64,000 nucleotides of DNA from Thermoproteota archaeon (GCA_026986575.1 JALSOH010000004.1:672001-736000), one strand, 5' to 3'. Numbered from the stretch's first letter, positions 1 through 9,514 are shown. Notes: generated by a model from the letters alone, not told the origin. Made by a program: numbers and translations.

Positions 1-1
1 C

Positions 2-595
2 GAGGACGAGCTGGAAGTGTTCACGATGGTGCTTGCCGGCAAGGTCAACAAGGAACTGGTCTCCACGCTTCTCGACTTGGGAATCCAAGCCGTGGGGATC
101 TCCGGCGTGGATGGCCTCACCTTGATCGCTAGGAGGAAGAGGAGGATAGTCGTACTGGAGAGGGGGAGGAGGAGAGTGATACCCGGGGGCTATACCGGGA
201 AGATCGAGGAGGTCAGGGTGGATCTCATCAGCCTCCTCTTGGACTCTGGGTACAATGCGGTCGTAGCCCCTCTGGCTAGGGGAACGGAGGGCGAGATGCT
301 GAACGTGGACGGTGATCAAGCCGCATCCAAACTTTCTATCACTCTGAAGCCCGCATACCTCGTCCTGCTGTCCGATGTGGAGGGGGTAATGTGGGAGGGG
401 GATGTCGTGAAGAGACTGACGCCCGAGGAGGCCGAGGAGCTGGCTGCTAAGTTAGGGGCTGGCATGAACCGGAAGCTCATGATGGCCGCGGAGGTGGCGC
501 GGTCCGGGGTGCGGGTTGCCATCTCCAGCGGCCTGGTGGACGAACCCGTTACCCAAGCCTTAAACGGCGCTGGCACGCACATCGTTCCTAGCTAG
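2..595 (+). CDS. lysZ: [LysW]-aminoadipate/[LysW]-glutamate kinase (5' end outside window)
   Basis: Amino-acid kinase motifs GYTGKIEEV, LNVDGDQAA, LLSDVEG, GAGMNRKL; frame open to the left edge; next to lysW. Confidence 0.9.
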   Translation, partial: EDELEVFTMVLAGKVNKELVSTLLDLGIQAVGISGVDGLTLIARRKRRIVVLERGRRRVIPGGYTGKIEEVRVDLISLLLDSGYNAVVAPLARGTEGEMLNVDGDQAASKLSITLKPAYLVLLSDVEGVMWEGDVVKRLTPEEAEELAAKLGAGMNRKLMMAAEVARSGVRVAISSGLVDEPVTQALNGAGTHIVPS

Positions 596-645
596 GAATT
601 TTCCACTATTTTCCGATATTCGTCCTATATAGTTCGAGGATAACG

Positions 646-653
646 TTTATATT
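646..653 (+). promoter_or_regulatory. TATA box of lysWXJK promoter
   Basis: TTTATATT about 30-40 nt upstream of the lysW ATG in an AT-rich intergenic gap. Confidence 0.5.
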
Positions 654-684
654 ATGAGGTATTCGTATCGCACGGTGCGAAGAT

Positions 685-855
685 ATGGAGACCGAGTGTC
701 CCATCTGCGGTTCCCCCGTGGAACTCCCCGACGACGTCATGGCTGGCGAGCTCCTCGAATGCCCCTCCTGCGGGGCCACATTAGAGGTATATGAGCAGGA
801 TGGAACGTTTCTACTGAAGGAGGCTGAAGAGATAGGCGAGGACTGGGGAGAATGA
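685..855 (+). CDS. lysW: LysW amino-group carrier protein (56 aa; not in ORF track)
   Basis: My translation METECPICGSPVELPDDVMAGELLECPSCGATLEVYEQDGTFLLKEAEEIGEDWGE has two CxxC and the C-terminal EDWGE signature; stop overlaps the lysX start (ATGA). Confidence 0.97.
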   Translation: METECPICGSPVELPDDVMAGELLECPSCGATLEVYEQDGTFLLKEAEEIGEDWGE

Positions 856-1685
856 GGATAGCTCTGGTCTATGAGAGGTTGAGGGAGGAGGAAAGACAGC
901 TCATAAGGGCCATCGAGGAGCTGGGACACGAGCCAGTACCTTTACACCTCAACTCCAACTTCCTCCCGCTTGATCACGGGAAGACCTTCGAGGCCGATGC
1001 GGCCCTGATACGGGCGATCAGCGCCGCCAAGGCGCACGCATCGGCCGTGACCCTGTCGAGCTTGGGGGTGAGGGTGGTTAACTCGCCTGAGGTACTGTCT
1101 ATCTGCGGGAATAAGCTGGCAACGACGGCCAGACTATCTGAGGCCGGGATCCCCACTCCCAAGACGACAGTGGCTTTCTCGCTCGAGGGTGCCTTGGAGG
1201 CGGCGAAGTCAATAGGATATCCTGTGGTGATCAAACCGGTCAACGGGAGCTGGGGTAGGCTGGTGTCCCTGGCGCAGGACGAGGAGGAGCTGAGGACCAT
1301 ACTGGAGCATCGGGAGGCAATTCCCTCCCCCTACTACAGGATTCACTACATTCAGGAATTCATAAGGAAGCCAGGGAGGGACATAAGGGCTTACGGAACT
1401 GAAAAGACCTTCATCACGGCCATCTACAGGGTATCGGATCACTGGGTCACCAACACGGCTAGAGGTGCGAAGGCTGTACCGGCTGAGTACAGGGAGGAGC
1501 TCGCTGATCTCGTTATTAGAACCGCTGAAGCTATGGGGGGTGGGTTCCTCGGCGTGGACATAGCTGAGGACGAGGAGAGGGGGCTAGTAGTGATAGAGGT
1601 GAATGGTGTCACAGAATTCAAGAACGCTGCCCGCGTGACCGGCGTTGACATCGCTAAGGAGTTGGTGAGTTACGCGATGAGGTGA
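852..1685 (+). CDS. lysX: LysX/ArgX ATP-grasp ligase (aminoadipate/glutamate--LysW ligase)
   Basis: RimK-like ATP-grasp: KPVNGSWGRLV, QEFI..PGRDIR, WVTNTARG, EVN. Confidence 0.93.
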   Translation: MRIALVYERLREEERQLIRAIEELGHEPVPLHLNSNFLPLDHGKTFEADAALIRAISAAKAHASAVTLSSLGVRVVNSPEVLSICGNKLATTARLSEAGIPTPKTTVAFSLEGALEAAKSIGYPVVIKPVNGSWGRLVSLAQDEEELRTILEHREAIPSPYYRIHYIQEFIRKPGRDIRAYGTEKTFITAIYRVSDHWVTNTARGAKAVPAEYREELADLVIRTAEAMGGGFLGVDIAEDEERGLVVIEVNGVTEFKNAARVTGVDIAKELVSYAMR

Positions 1686-1689
1686 GTAG

Positions 1690-2835
1690 GTGGTCTCACT
1701 GATCTCATTCTACGGGTCTAGAGGACTCAAACTCGTGAAGGGAGAGGGCCAGTACGTGTGGGACTCGGAGGGTAGGCGCTATCTAGATGCTCATACAGGT
1801 CACGGAGCTGCTTTTCTCGGGCACAGGCCTCCTAGAGTGGTGAAGGCAATCCAAGATCAGATGAGCTCGATAATGGTGGTGACCCCGAGCTTCGTGAGCG
1901 AGTCCATGGAGAGGTGCCTTTCCTCCTTAGGACTGGTTCTCCCCAATGGGTTGAACCACGTGTACTTCCAGAACAGTGGAACCGAGGCCGTGGAGCTGGC
2001 GTTGAAGCTCGCCTTCAAGGCGACGGGTAGGAAAGGCGTTGTAGCCTTCATGGGAAGCTTCCACGGCAGGACGCTGGGCTCCCTTTCCGCTACTTGGAAC
2101 CCAAAGTACAGGAAGGGCTATCCTCTAGTAGATGTTAGGTTCGGGAGATTCAACGATTCTTCTTCAGCCGATCTGATAGACGAGGAGGTCGCAGCGGTCA
2201 TAGTCGAGCCTATCCAAGGAGAGGGCGGCGTCAGACCTACGACACCAGAATTCCTTAGAGCGTTAAGGGAGGCCTGCGAGGAGCACGGCTCTGTCCTGAT
2301 ATTCGATGAGGTCCAGAGCGGGTTCGGCAGGACCGGCGAGGTGTGGGCCCATAGGACTAGGGGAGTCGATCCGGACGTCATGACCGCCGGCAAGAGCATG
2401 GGCGGTGGATTCCCTGTCAGCATGGTGGCAGCTAGGGAGTGGGTAATCGAATCCCTCAAAGGAGGAGAGCACGGTTCCACCCACGGAGGTAATCCGCTGG
2501 CCTGCGCTGCGGTCTATGGAGGAGTATCTACCCTGCTCGAGGACGACGTACCTTCCAGAGCTGCTAAGATGGGTAATGCATTGATTAAGGGACTGAAGGG
2601 CATTGAATCGCGCCTAATAAGGGATGTGAGAGGAGAGGGACTCATGATCGGGGTTGAACTCAGGGCCGACGTTGGACCTGTCCTCAAGAGACTGCAACAG
2701 AGGGGAATCTTAGCCCTCAGAGCGGGGAAGGCCGTTCTCAGGCTGCTTCCTCCTTACCTGATAACCGAGGAGGATGTGAGTAGGATTGTGGAGGAGGTGG
2801 AGAGTGCCCTCATTCACGAAATCGGGAGTCGATGA
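1690..2835 (+). CDS. lysJ: [LysW]-aminoadipate semialdehyde/glutamate semialdehyde aminotransferase
   Basis: Class III PLP motifs NSGTEAVE, FHGRTLG, DEVQSGFGRTG, AGKSMGGG, HGSTHGGNPLA; operon context. Confidence 0.9.
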   Translation: MVSLISFYGSRGLKLVKGEGQYVWDSEGRRYLDAHTGHGAAFLGHRPPRVVKAIQDQMSSIMVVTPSFVSESMERCLSSLGLVLPNGLNHVYFQNSGTEAVELALKLAFKATGRKGVVAFMGSFHGRTLGSLSATWNPKYRKGYPLVDVRFGRFNDSSSADLIDEEVAAVIVEPIQGEGGVRPTTPEFLRALREACEEHGSVLIFDEVQSGFGRTGEVWAHRTRGVDPDVMTAGKSMGGGFPVSMVAAREWVIESLKGGEHGSTHGGNPLACAAVYGGVSTLLEDDVPSRAAKMGNALIKGLKGIESRLIRDVRGEGLMIGVELRADVGPVLKRLQQRGILALRAGKAVLRLLPPYLITEEDVSRIVEEVESALIHEIGSR

Positions 2836-3838
2836 GATCCTGATCAAACTCTTGAGGGCTTACAGCCCTACCGGCCGGGAGGACAACGCTAGGGATGTGA
2901 TAGTGGAGATCTGCGAAGATCTCGGATTGAGTGTCGAGATTGACGGGGTGGGAAATGTTCTCGCTAGTAAAGGAGTAGGTGGCAGGGTGTGGCTCGTCGG
3001 TCACTATGACACAGTCCCCGGGAGGCTTCCCGTCAGAAGAAACGGAGATGTGATCTCCGGCAGGGGAGCCGTGGATGCGAAGGGACCCCTCTCTGCAATG
3101 TTAATGGCGGCATCCCTCTCTAAATCGTCCGTGACAGTTGCGGCCCTTGTGGGCGAGGAGGGGGACAGCAGGGGAGCCAGATACCTGCTTACTAGAGAAC
3201 TCCCACCTTTTGTGGTGATAGGGGAGCCTTCCAACAAAACTGGCGTCATAATAGCCTACAGGGGAGGGGCGCACCTGACCTTGAGGTGTAAGGCGGAAGG
3301 AGGTCACTCATCATCTCCCGGAGTATCTGCAGTGGATCTGCTTGTGGAGTCCATCTCAAGAATGAAAGAGGTGGCTCCAGGCGGGAAATACGATGTTCCT
3401 AGCATTACCACCACCATGATCAGCGGCGGAGAGGCGCCTAACGTTCTTCCAAAGATGGCTGAGGCAGTACTAGACTTGAGGGTCCCTCCAGGGATCGATC
3501 ATTCGATGATACTCGATGAGATAAAATCTAAGCTCTTAGAAGGGTGTGAGGTAGCTGCCTTATGGTCTGTTCCACCTGTAGCGGTCAGACCTAGCGAACC
3601 AGTTCCTAGGGCGTTAACTAGGTCCATCATCTCCCTAGGAGGGAAACCCAGGCTCCTGAAGAAATATGGATCTAGTGATATGAACCTGCTTCACGGAAAG
3701 GTCTCAAGCATAGCGGCCTACGGACCGGGCGATGGGAAGCTGGCTCACACCGCCACGGAGTTCGTGAATACTAGGGACTTAGAGTTTGCTGTAGAGGTCT
3801 ACCTAAAAACGGTAGAGTACTTATCGAACCTTGATTGA
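2786..3838 (+). CDS. lysK: [LysW]-lysine/ornithine hydrolase (M20 family); true start probably a few codons downstream
   Basis: GHYDTVPG, GRGAVDAKGPL, GEE, GEPS, YGPGD..LAH. Confidence 0.9.
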   Translation: MWRRWRVPSFTKSGVDEILIKLLRAYSPTGREDNARDVIVEICEDLGLSVEIDGVGNVLASKGVGGRVWLVGHYDTVPGRLPVRRNGDVISGRGAVDAKGPLSAMLMAASLSKSSVTVAALVGEEGDSRGARYLLTRELPPFVVIGEPSNKTGVIIAYRGGAHLTLRCKAEGGHSSSPGVSAVDLLVESISRMKEVAPGGKYDVPSITTTMISGGEAPNVLPKMAEAVLDLRVPPGIDHSMILDEIKSKLLEGCEVAALWSVPPVAVRPSEPVPRALTRSIISLGGKPRLLKKYGSSDMNLLHGKVSSIAAYGPGDGKLAHTATEFVNTRDLEFAVEVYLKTVEYLSNLD

Positions 3839-3911
3839 CGTGCTGTGGAGCCCGGAAAGTCACACAGTCTAGCGGGCTGACGCTTAAATTATAGTTTCGA
3901 CTATTATAGTT

Positions 3912-5282
3912 GTGACTCGAAAATTCATCAATAGGGAGTTGGAGCTTACCCTGCTGGAGGATAGCTGGGAAAGAGGGGATCGCCTCATAATAGTGTACGG
4001 GAGGAGGAGGATAGGGAAAACGGAGCTCTTGAAGCAATTCATAAGGGATAAGCCAGCCATCTATTACCTGTGCTCTCTTAGGAAGGTCCCTTACAATTTG
4101 AAGAGGTTCTCTCACAGGGTATCCGAATTCTTAAGGATTCCCAAAATTCAGTTTTCTAGCTTTCAGGACGCTTTCGAGGCCCTGAAGGGAAAGGGCAGGT
4201 TAATCGTCGTGATAGATGAATTCGGCTACTTGGTCAGGGATGATCCAGGGATTCTGAGCGATTTTCAAGAGATAGTGGACGAAAAATTGAGAGATTCGGA
4301 GATCACACTGATCTTATGCGGATCCAGCATCTCCATGATGGAGACGAGGGTGATGGGAGCGAAGTCCCCCCTCTACGGAAGGGCTGACAGGTACTTGAGG
4401 GTGAGACCCTTCAACATGAGGCAACTGACCTCTTGGTTCCCAAGTGCCGCTCCCGAAGACCTGATTAAGATATACGCGGTAACGGGGGGAGTGGCAAGAT
4501 ACTTGGAATTCTTCTCCGGAGTAGAAGTGGAAGCCGAGATTGAGAAAAACTTCTTCGACCCCTCATCCTTCCTGTACATGGATGCCATAACCATGTTATC
4601 AGAGGAGCTCAGGGACTATGCTACTTACCTACAAGTACTGGAGGCCATAAGCTTGGGGTATAACAAGGTAACGGAAATAGCTAATTACGCGTTCCTCCAA
4701 CCCAAGGACGTCCACTTCTACCTCAAGGTGCTTTCATCCTTAGGCATAGTAAGGAGGATAATCCCAGTCCTATCCCCTAGGAAAACCAAGAGGGGAGTAT
4801 ATGAGATAGGGGACAACTATTTCGACTTCTGGTTCGGGTTCGTGTCGCCGTTCCAGTCCGAGATAGAGTCGGGGTATAGGGGCCCGGTACTTCGGAACTT
4901 CAGGGAAAAATTCCCAGCTTACCTGGGCAGGGTGTTTGAGAGGGTGGTTCGGGAATTGATAAGGCCGCTCCTGCCGTACAAACCGATACAGGTGGGTAAG
5001 TGGTGGCGTAAAGATGTGGAGATAGATGTGGTCGCGCACGACGACTCGCACATTGCCTTCCTGGAGGTAAAGTGGTCTGATCTCTCGATCAGAGCTGCGA
5101 GAGGGATCCTAACTTCTCTGAAGGAGAAGGCTTCAAAGGTAAAGTTCGATGGGAAGAGGTATTACGGCCTTGTAGCTAGAAGTATTGCTAAGAAGGAGGA
5201 GCTGTCGAAAGAGGGCTTTATAGTCTACGACCTCGGGGATATTTTAGCTCTTGGAGACCGTGGAACTCACGAAAGCACGTAA
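3912..5282 (+). CDS. Archaeal AAA-family ATPase with C-terminal DUF234/nuclease-like domain
   Basis: FINRELEL, YGRRRIGKT, IDEF, LCGSS, SPLYGR; C-terminal EIDVVA...EVKW. Confidence 0.88.
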   Translation: MTRKFINRELELTLLEDSWERGDRLIIVYGRRRIGKTELLKQFIRDKPAIYYLCSLRKVPYNLKRFSHRVSEFLRIPKIQFSSFQDAFEALKGKGRLIVVIDEFGYLVRDDPGILSDFQEIVDEKLRDSEITLILCGSSISMMETRVMGAKSPLYGRADRYLRVRPFNMRQLTSWFPSAAPEDLIKIYAVTGGVARYLEFFSGVEVEAEIEKNFFDPSSFLYMDAITMLSEELRDYATYLQVLEAISLGYNKVTEIANYAFLQPKDVHFYLKVLSSLGIVRRIIPVLSPRKTKRGVYEIGDNYFDFWFGFVSPFQSEIESGYRGPVLRNFREKFPAYLGRVFERVVRELIRPLLPYKPIQVGKWWRKDVEIDVVAHDDSHIAFLEVKWSDLSIRAARGILTSLKEKASKVKFDGKRYYGLVARSIAKKEELSKEGFIVYDLGDILALGDRGTHEST

Positions 5283-5290
5283 AATCATCA

Positions 5291-6439
5291 GTGGATTATG
5301 GAGGGTTTTATTTGCCTGAAGTGAGGTTATCTGAGTTGCTGAGGATTAAAACATCAGTGAGAGAGAAGTTGGCCTCAAAACTAGATAGAAGGGAAATAAA
5401 GGAGGCTCTGGATGACAGACACGCCCACAGAGAGCCCAGACCCTGTGGGTTAACTGTTCATCCGGGTAGGGGATGCACCTACGCTTGCATCTACTGCTAC
5501 ATCGAGGACATGGGCGTACCCCGGAGGCCGGAGCCGTCCCGCCTGTCAGGCTTACAACTGGCCTATGCCATCGCTTCGAACCCGTACACCCTTCTCGGGA
5601 AGGGAGGGACGTTCCTAGCTTTCGGCTCGGTCACGGAGCCCTTCTTGCTGGCCATCAAGGATAGGACCCTCGAGTACTTGGGAGCCGTATCCCGCTACTT
5701 GGGGAACCCGACACAGTTCTCGACGAAGGCCTACCTCAGCGAGGAGGATGCGGAAAGGATCTGGTCCCTCGATCCCTCAGTTAGCGCCTTGGTCACCATC
5801 CCAGCACTGAGGTGGGCGGAGAGGATAGAGCCGAAAACTCCCTCGCCGGAACTGAGGTTCAGGACCCTCAGCAACCTGCTACAGCGAGGAATACATGCAT
5901 CACTCTTCCTCCGACCGCTGATCCCGGGAATGAGTGAGGAGGACGGTCCTCTGATACTGGAAAGGGCTGCCAGCTTGGGCGTTAGGGGAGTAGTGTTGGG
6001 AGCACTCAGGGTGACCCGTCGCATCCTTAGAGAGCTCGAAGCTGTGGGTCTGGGGGACCTAGCTGACAGGATGATCAGGGAGCCGAAGAGCCCCACTGAT
6101 CAGGTGCCACTGAACACGGGAGATCTGAAGAGGATGCTCTCGTCGAGGGCAAGGGCCTTGGACCTCAAGGTGTTCCCCTCAGCCTGCTCCGCCAACGTGG
6201 ATGCCCATGATCTCGGGTGCCACATGTGCAACATGGGTCCCTGCAACGGCTCCCTACCCGATTACGATCCTGAGGAGATAGAGCAGGCCCTGAGAGACTT
6301 GGGAATCGAGGCTAGAATAATCCCAAAGGACAAGAAGATCCTCGCATTGGTGAAAGGAGGTTCGAAGAGGATGAGGAGGGTGAGGCACTTGGTCTCCACC
6401 GCTACCAAGAGGATGGTGACCGTCAGGCCTGTGAGGTAG
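5291..6439 (+). CDS. Radical SAM protein (spore-photoproduct-lyase-like group); start possibly TTG 5312
   Basis: CTYACIYC motif, GSVTEPF, STK, RPLIPG; additional Cys-rich segment near the C-terminus. Confidence 0.8.
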   Translation: MDYGGFYLPEVRLSELLRIKTSVREKLASKLDRREIKEALDDRHAHREPRPCGLTVHPGRGCTYACIYCYIEDMGVPRRPEPSRLSGLQLAYAIASNPYTLLGKGGTFLAFGSVTEPFLLAIKDRTLEYLGAVSRYLGNPTQFSTKAYLSEEDAERIWSLDPSVSALVTIPALRWAERIEPKTPSPELRFRTLSNLLQRGIHASLFLRPLIPGMSEEDGPLILERAASLGVRGVVLGALRVTRRILRELEAVGLGDLADRMIREPKSPTDQVPLNTGDLKRMLSSRARALDLKVFPSACSANVDAHDLGCHMCNMGPCNGSLPDYDPEEIEQALRDLGIEARIIPKDKKILALVKGGSKRMRRVRHLVSTATKRMVTVRPVR

Positions 6440-7370
6440 TCGGCACGTCCGCTTTCAACATTACTAGGGTGGCCTCACCCTCCCTCCTCACCTCAACGAA
6501 TCCTTTCTCTTCCAATCGCCTTATTTTTCTCCAGACAGTGGTCCTAGGGGCCTGAACCGCCTTTATGAGATCGGCCTGTTTGGCCACGCCACCCCTCTTC
6601 TCTAGCTCTCTTAGGATCTCGTACTCTAGGGAACCCTCCTTTAGGTCTTTAGTTGCCCTACTTCTACTCCGTAAGACGATCACCGAGGCCGCCAGGGCGA
6701 GAGCAATGCCACCTGCGATCATTAAAGGGAGTAGAGATTGATTCACCGGACTCTGAACTCGGCTCGCCGGATTTACAGCCCCGCTTGACTCCCCGAGGGA
6801 ACTAGTACGGGTAATTTCCACAACCTTCGCTCTGGAGATGTCTTCCCCGCCGAAGGACCGATTCATCTGTTTATGGGCTACTTTATAAGAGAGGGAGACG
6901 GTTCCCCCTGAGAATGATATCCGAAGGCCTCTCTCCGACTGTGAGATCTCATCAGGCAGCTTTGAGAGGCCTACAATCACTAACTGGGAGGGTGCGATCA
7001 CGACGAGTTTATCTACATCCAGATCCAGTGTTAGATTCCATATCACTCCCGATTTAGAGGTGAGTGAGGGTGTCTGATAAGAGATCGTTATCTCTCTACT
7101 GCCTAGAGTCTCCACTATAAGGAAGGATCCATCCAAAGAGTAATTGAGGGGTATGCCATCACTGTTGACCACTATGAGGTTGTGCGGCTCCCCGTCGATT
7201 CTGATAACCAATCCCGAACTAGTCTCATTGAGCCTAACGGTAACAGTCACATCTACCCACCCATCTGGGAAGAGTACCACCTCGGCCGTTGCTGAACCGA
7301 TGGACTGAGCTTGAGCCAAGACGAGCGTTAGAGCCAGTGGGAGTAGGAGGAGCTTAGACGGATAACTCAT
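6423..7370 (-). CDS. Membrane-anchored protein with extracellular beta domain and cytoplasmic C-terminal winged-helix HTH
   Basis: Signal peptide, beta-rich domain, single TM (LLPLMIAGGIALALAASVIVL), then QADLIKAVQAPRTTVWRKIRRLEEKGFV. Confidence 0.75.
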   Translation of the reverse strand: MSYPSKLLLLPLALTLVLAQAQSIGSATAEVVLFPDGWVDVTVTVRLNETSSGLVIRIDGEPHNLIVVNSDGIPLNYSLDGSFLIVETLGSREITISYQTPSLTSKSGVIWNLTLDLDVDKLVVIAPSQLVIVGLSKLPDEISQSERGLRISFSGGTVSLSYKVAHKQMNRSFGGEDISRAKVVEITRTSSLGESSGAVNPASRVQSPVNQSLLPLMIAGGIALALAASVIVLRSRSRATKDLKEGSLEYEILRELEKRGGVAKQADLIKAVQAPRTTVWRKIRRLEEKGFVEVRREGEATLVMLKADVPTTSQA

Positions 7371-7413
7371 TAACCTTCACCCTTCCCCACAAAGAAAGGG
7401 GGATTAAGGAAGA

Positions 7414-8337
7414 TCAGCTGCCGGGAACATGATCTACTTCTCCCCTATTGCCTCTATTTCCACCTTTTCTCGTTCCTTTCATTCCTGGAGGCTCTACATA
7501 ACCTTCAGAAGTGGTGTTATCTGGCGTTCCATGACCATGGTCATTACGTCCATGCTGATTTGTGACGTTTAATGCAGCGCTGGAATTCCCTGCCATTCCA
7601 GCCCTTACCATCCCCCTAGCCCTCTCCATAACCTCCTCAGGAGCACCGCTCATGTTTACGATCGTGGCGTTTTCTGGTACCTGAGCTTTCATGTGCTCTC
7701 TTTCCTTCTCAGTAACCCTCTCCATAGCTCTATAAGCTTCTCTTATTCTGTTCTCGATCTTTATCATTAGACTAACAGCATCATTTGTCCTATTCTGCAT
7801 TAGCATTAGACTGGCCTGCTGCATGAGTCTCTCAGCCTCTCTCAGGTGTTCCATCACTGGGGTAATATTGACAGTGGCATTGGCCCTCATCACAGCGTTC
7901 ATGACCTTAGAGAGCAGCATCTGGGTTCTGTTGAGTTGACCCATAACCGTGGCATTAACCATGTCTATGGAACCGGTCTCAGCAATCCCGCATTTGTAAA
8001 GCATTTGATACGCATCCCCTATCATGTTAATAGCCCTAATCACTAAGCTTTCCGCTTGACGATAGTTTCCAACACTCATTGAGGTTTCCGCACTCTCTAT
8101 TAGGGAATCTGCCTTGGATAAAGTTTCGTTCACCATCTGGAGAGCATTAGCACACTCAGGGTTGGAGGCATCGATTGAGGACATGGTTCCTAAGAGGTCT
8201 TCCTTTGCCTGAGTATATACCCCTATCAGCGCTTGCACCACATCTTGGTTAGTGGCAGCTACGGGTATGATGACTGCCAAGATTCCTATTAGTAGGGCGG
8301 CAGCAAGCTTGTTGGATACTGGGAGTCCCAAACTCAT
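7414..8337 (-). CDS. Hypothetical exported helical protein (ORF track start 8406; MSLGLP start preferred)
   Basis: GGTGA site just before MSLGLP; hydrophobic signal; Met/Ala-rich helical repeats, many N-x-S/T sequons, low-complexity tail. Confidence 0.65.
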   Translation of the reverse strand: MSLGLPVSNKLAAALLIGILAVIIPVAATNQDVVQALIGVYTQAKEDLLGTMSSIDASNPECANALQMVNETLSKADSLIESAETSMSVGNYRQAESLVIRAINMIGDAYQMLYKCGIAETGSIDMVNATVMGQLNRTQMLLSKVMNAVMRANATVNITPVMEHLREAERLMQQASLMLMQNRTNDAVSLMIKIENRIREAYRAMERVTEKEREHMKAQVPENATIVNMSGAPEEVMERARGMVRAGMAGNSSAALNVTNQHGRNDHGHGTPDNTTSEGYVEPPGMKGTRKGGNRGNRGEVDHVPGS

Positions 8338-8413
8338 CAAATCACCCCCTGTAGGTGCATCTGTGGAGCGGGAGATAAGGACAGCGTCCGGACGGCGGGC
8401 GCCCACTGGGCAC

Positions 8414-8647
8414 TTATGGTGGTTTGGGGAGGAGCTTCTTCAGTGCCTCAACATTCCAAGGATGTACCGTCTTCCTCCTCCTATCGACGGGAATACCCCT
8501 TCTTCTGGCCTCTACTAGAGAGATCCCCGCCTCTTTAAGCTCTCCTAGGCTGAATCCCCTGCCCAACCTCTTCCTCTTATCCCTCCTAGTAGAGGTCAGG
8601 ACTAGGGGGCTCAGCGACCTCATAGTGCCTAATGGCTCATTAGGCAT
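8414..8647 (-). CDS. rpl13e: 50S ribosomal protein L13e
   Basis: [16 protein letters not shown]...[16 protein letters not shown] is the L13e signature. Confidence 0.92.
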   Translation of the reverse strand: MPNEPLGTMRSLSPLVLTSTRRDKRKRLGRGFSLGELKEAGISLVEARRRGIPVDRRRKTVHPWNVEALKKLLPKPP

Positions 8648-8719
8648 AATAAATCTAACAGCGTTTCGGAGGGATAATCTTCAAATAATATTTGACCTCC
8701 CTCGATACAAGGTGCGAAG

Positions 8720-9514
8720 ATAGAGGAGGATTCCCTCACTACGAGACTCAAAAATGTACTCCATCTCACGGAATACGAGGCTAGGACATATCTAGCCCTG
8801 ATTGTGCATGGAAGTATGACTATCGGAGAATTGAGCGAACTGAGCGGGGTTCCGAGGGCTAAATGTTACGAGATCGTGAGAAATCTCGTTCGAAAAGGAA
8901 TGATAGTGATGATCAGCAGTAAACCGGCTAAATACGCACCCCTACCAGCCAAGCAGGGAATAACCAATAGGATTGAGCAGTTGAGGAGGGAGCTTGAGAG
9001 GAAAGTAGTGGAGGCAGAGCAACTTCTGGAGGAAATAAGGGAGATCAGTGGTCAAGGATCCGTCAGGGAGGCGCAGATGATGATTATAGAGAGCCACGAG
9101 TCTATCCTCTCCAACTCAGTTAAAGATGCTGTAAACGCGGAGAGGGAAGTACTGGTGGCGCTATCTCAGAAGCCCGCTAGAATAGATTGGAGTAAGTATG
9201 CTAAGGACATCTTGGACTGTATGAGAAGGGGAGTGAGGTTCAGGTTCTTGGTACCCTCTCTGGATGTGTTCAGTAGTAGATTCAGGGAAATACTGGAGAG
9301 AAGTACACTAGAGCCTCTTTCAAAGAACTTAGCAGAGATTAAGGAGACGAGAGCTGTGAAGGTGCCCTTCATGGTAATAGACAGCGACACAACATACCTC
9401 TATATCTCAGATCCCGAGACTAACACCCTTAGGACCGCTGTCAGGATAATGGACAGCAGGATGGCGGAGCAGATGAAGGAGCTCTTCAACAGATATTGGG
9501 AGATGGCTCATTAA
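8720..9514 (+). CDS. TrmB-family transcriptional regulator (homology extends upstream of the track start 8804)
   Basis: In-frame LTEYEARTYLAL upstream of 8804, then ELSELSGVPRAKCYEIVRNLVRKG; C-terminal PLD-like effector domain. Confidence 0.85.
   Translation: MEEDSLTTRLKNVLHLTEYEARTYLALIVHGSMTIGELSELSGVPRAKCYEIVRNLVRKGMIVMISSKPAKYAPLPAKQGITNRIEQLRRELERKVVEAEQLLEEIREISGQGSVREAQMMIIESHESILSNSVKDAVNAEREVLVALSQKPARIDWSKYAKDILDCMRRGVRFRFLVPSLDVFSSRFREILERSTLEPLSKNLAEIKETRAVKVPFMVIDSDTTYLYISDPETNTLRTAVRIMDSRMAEQMKELFNRYWEMAH

Noticed and set aside
606-929. 107-aa minus-strand ORF
   Set aside because: Antisense to lysW/lysX
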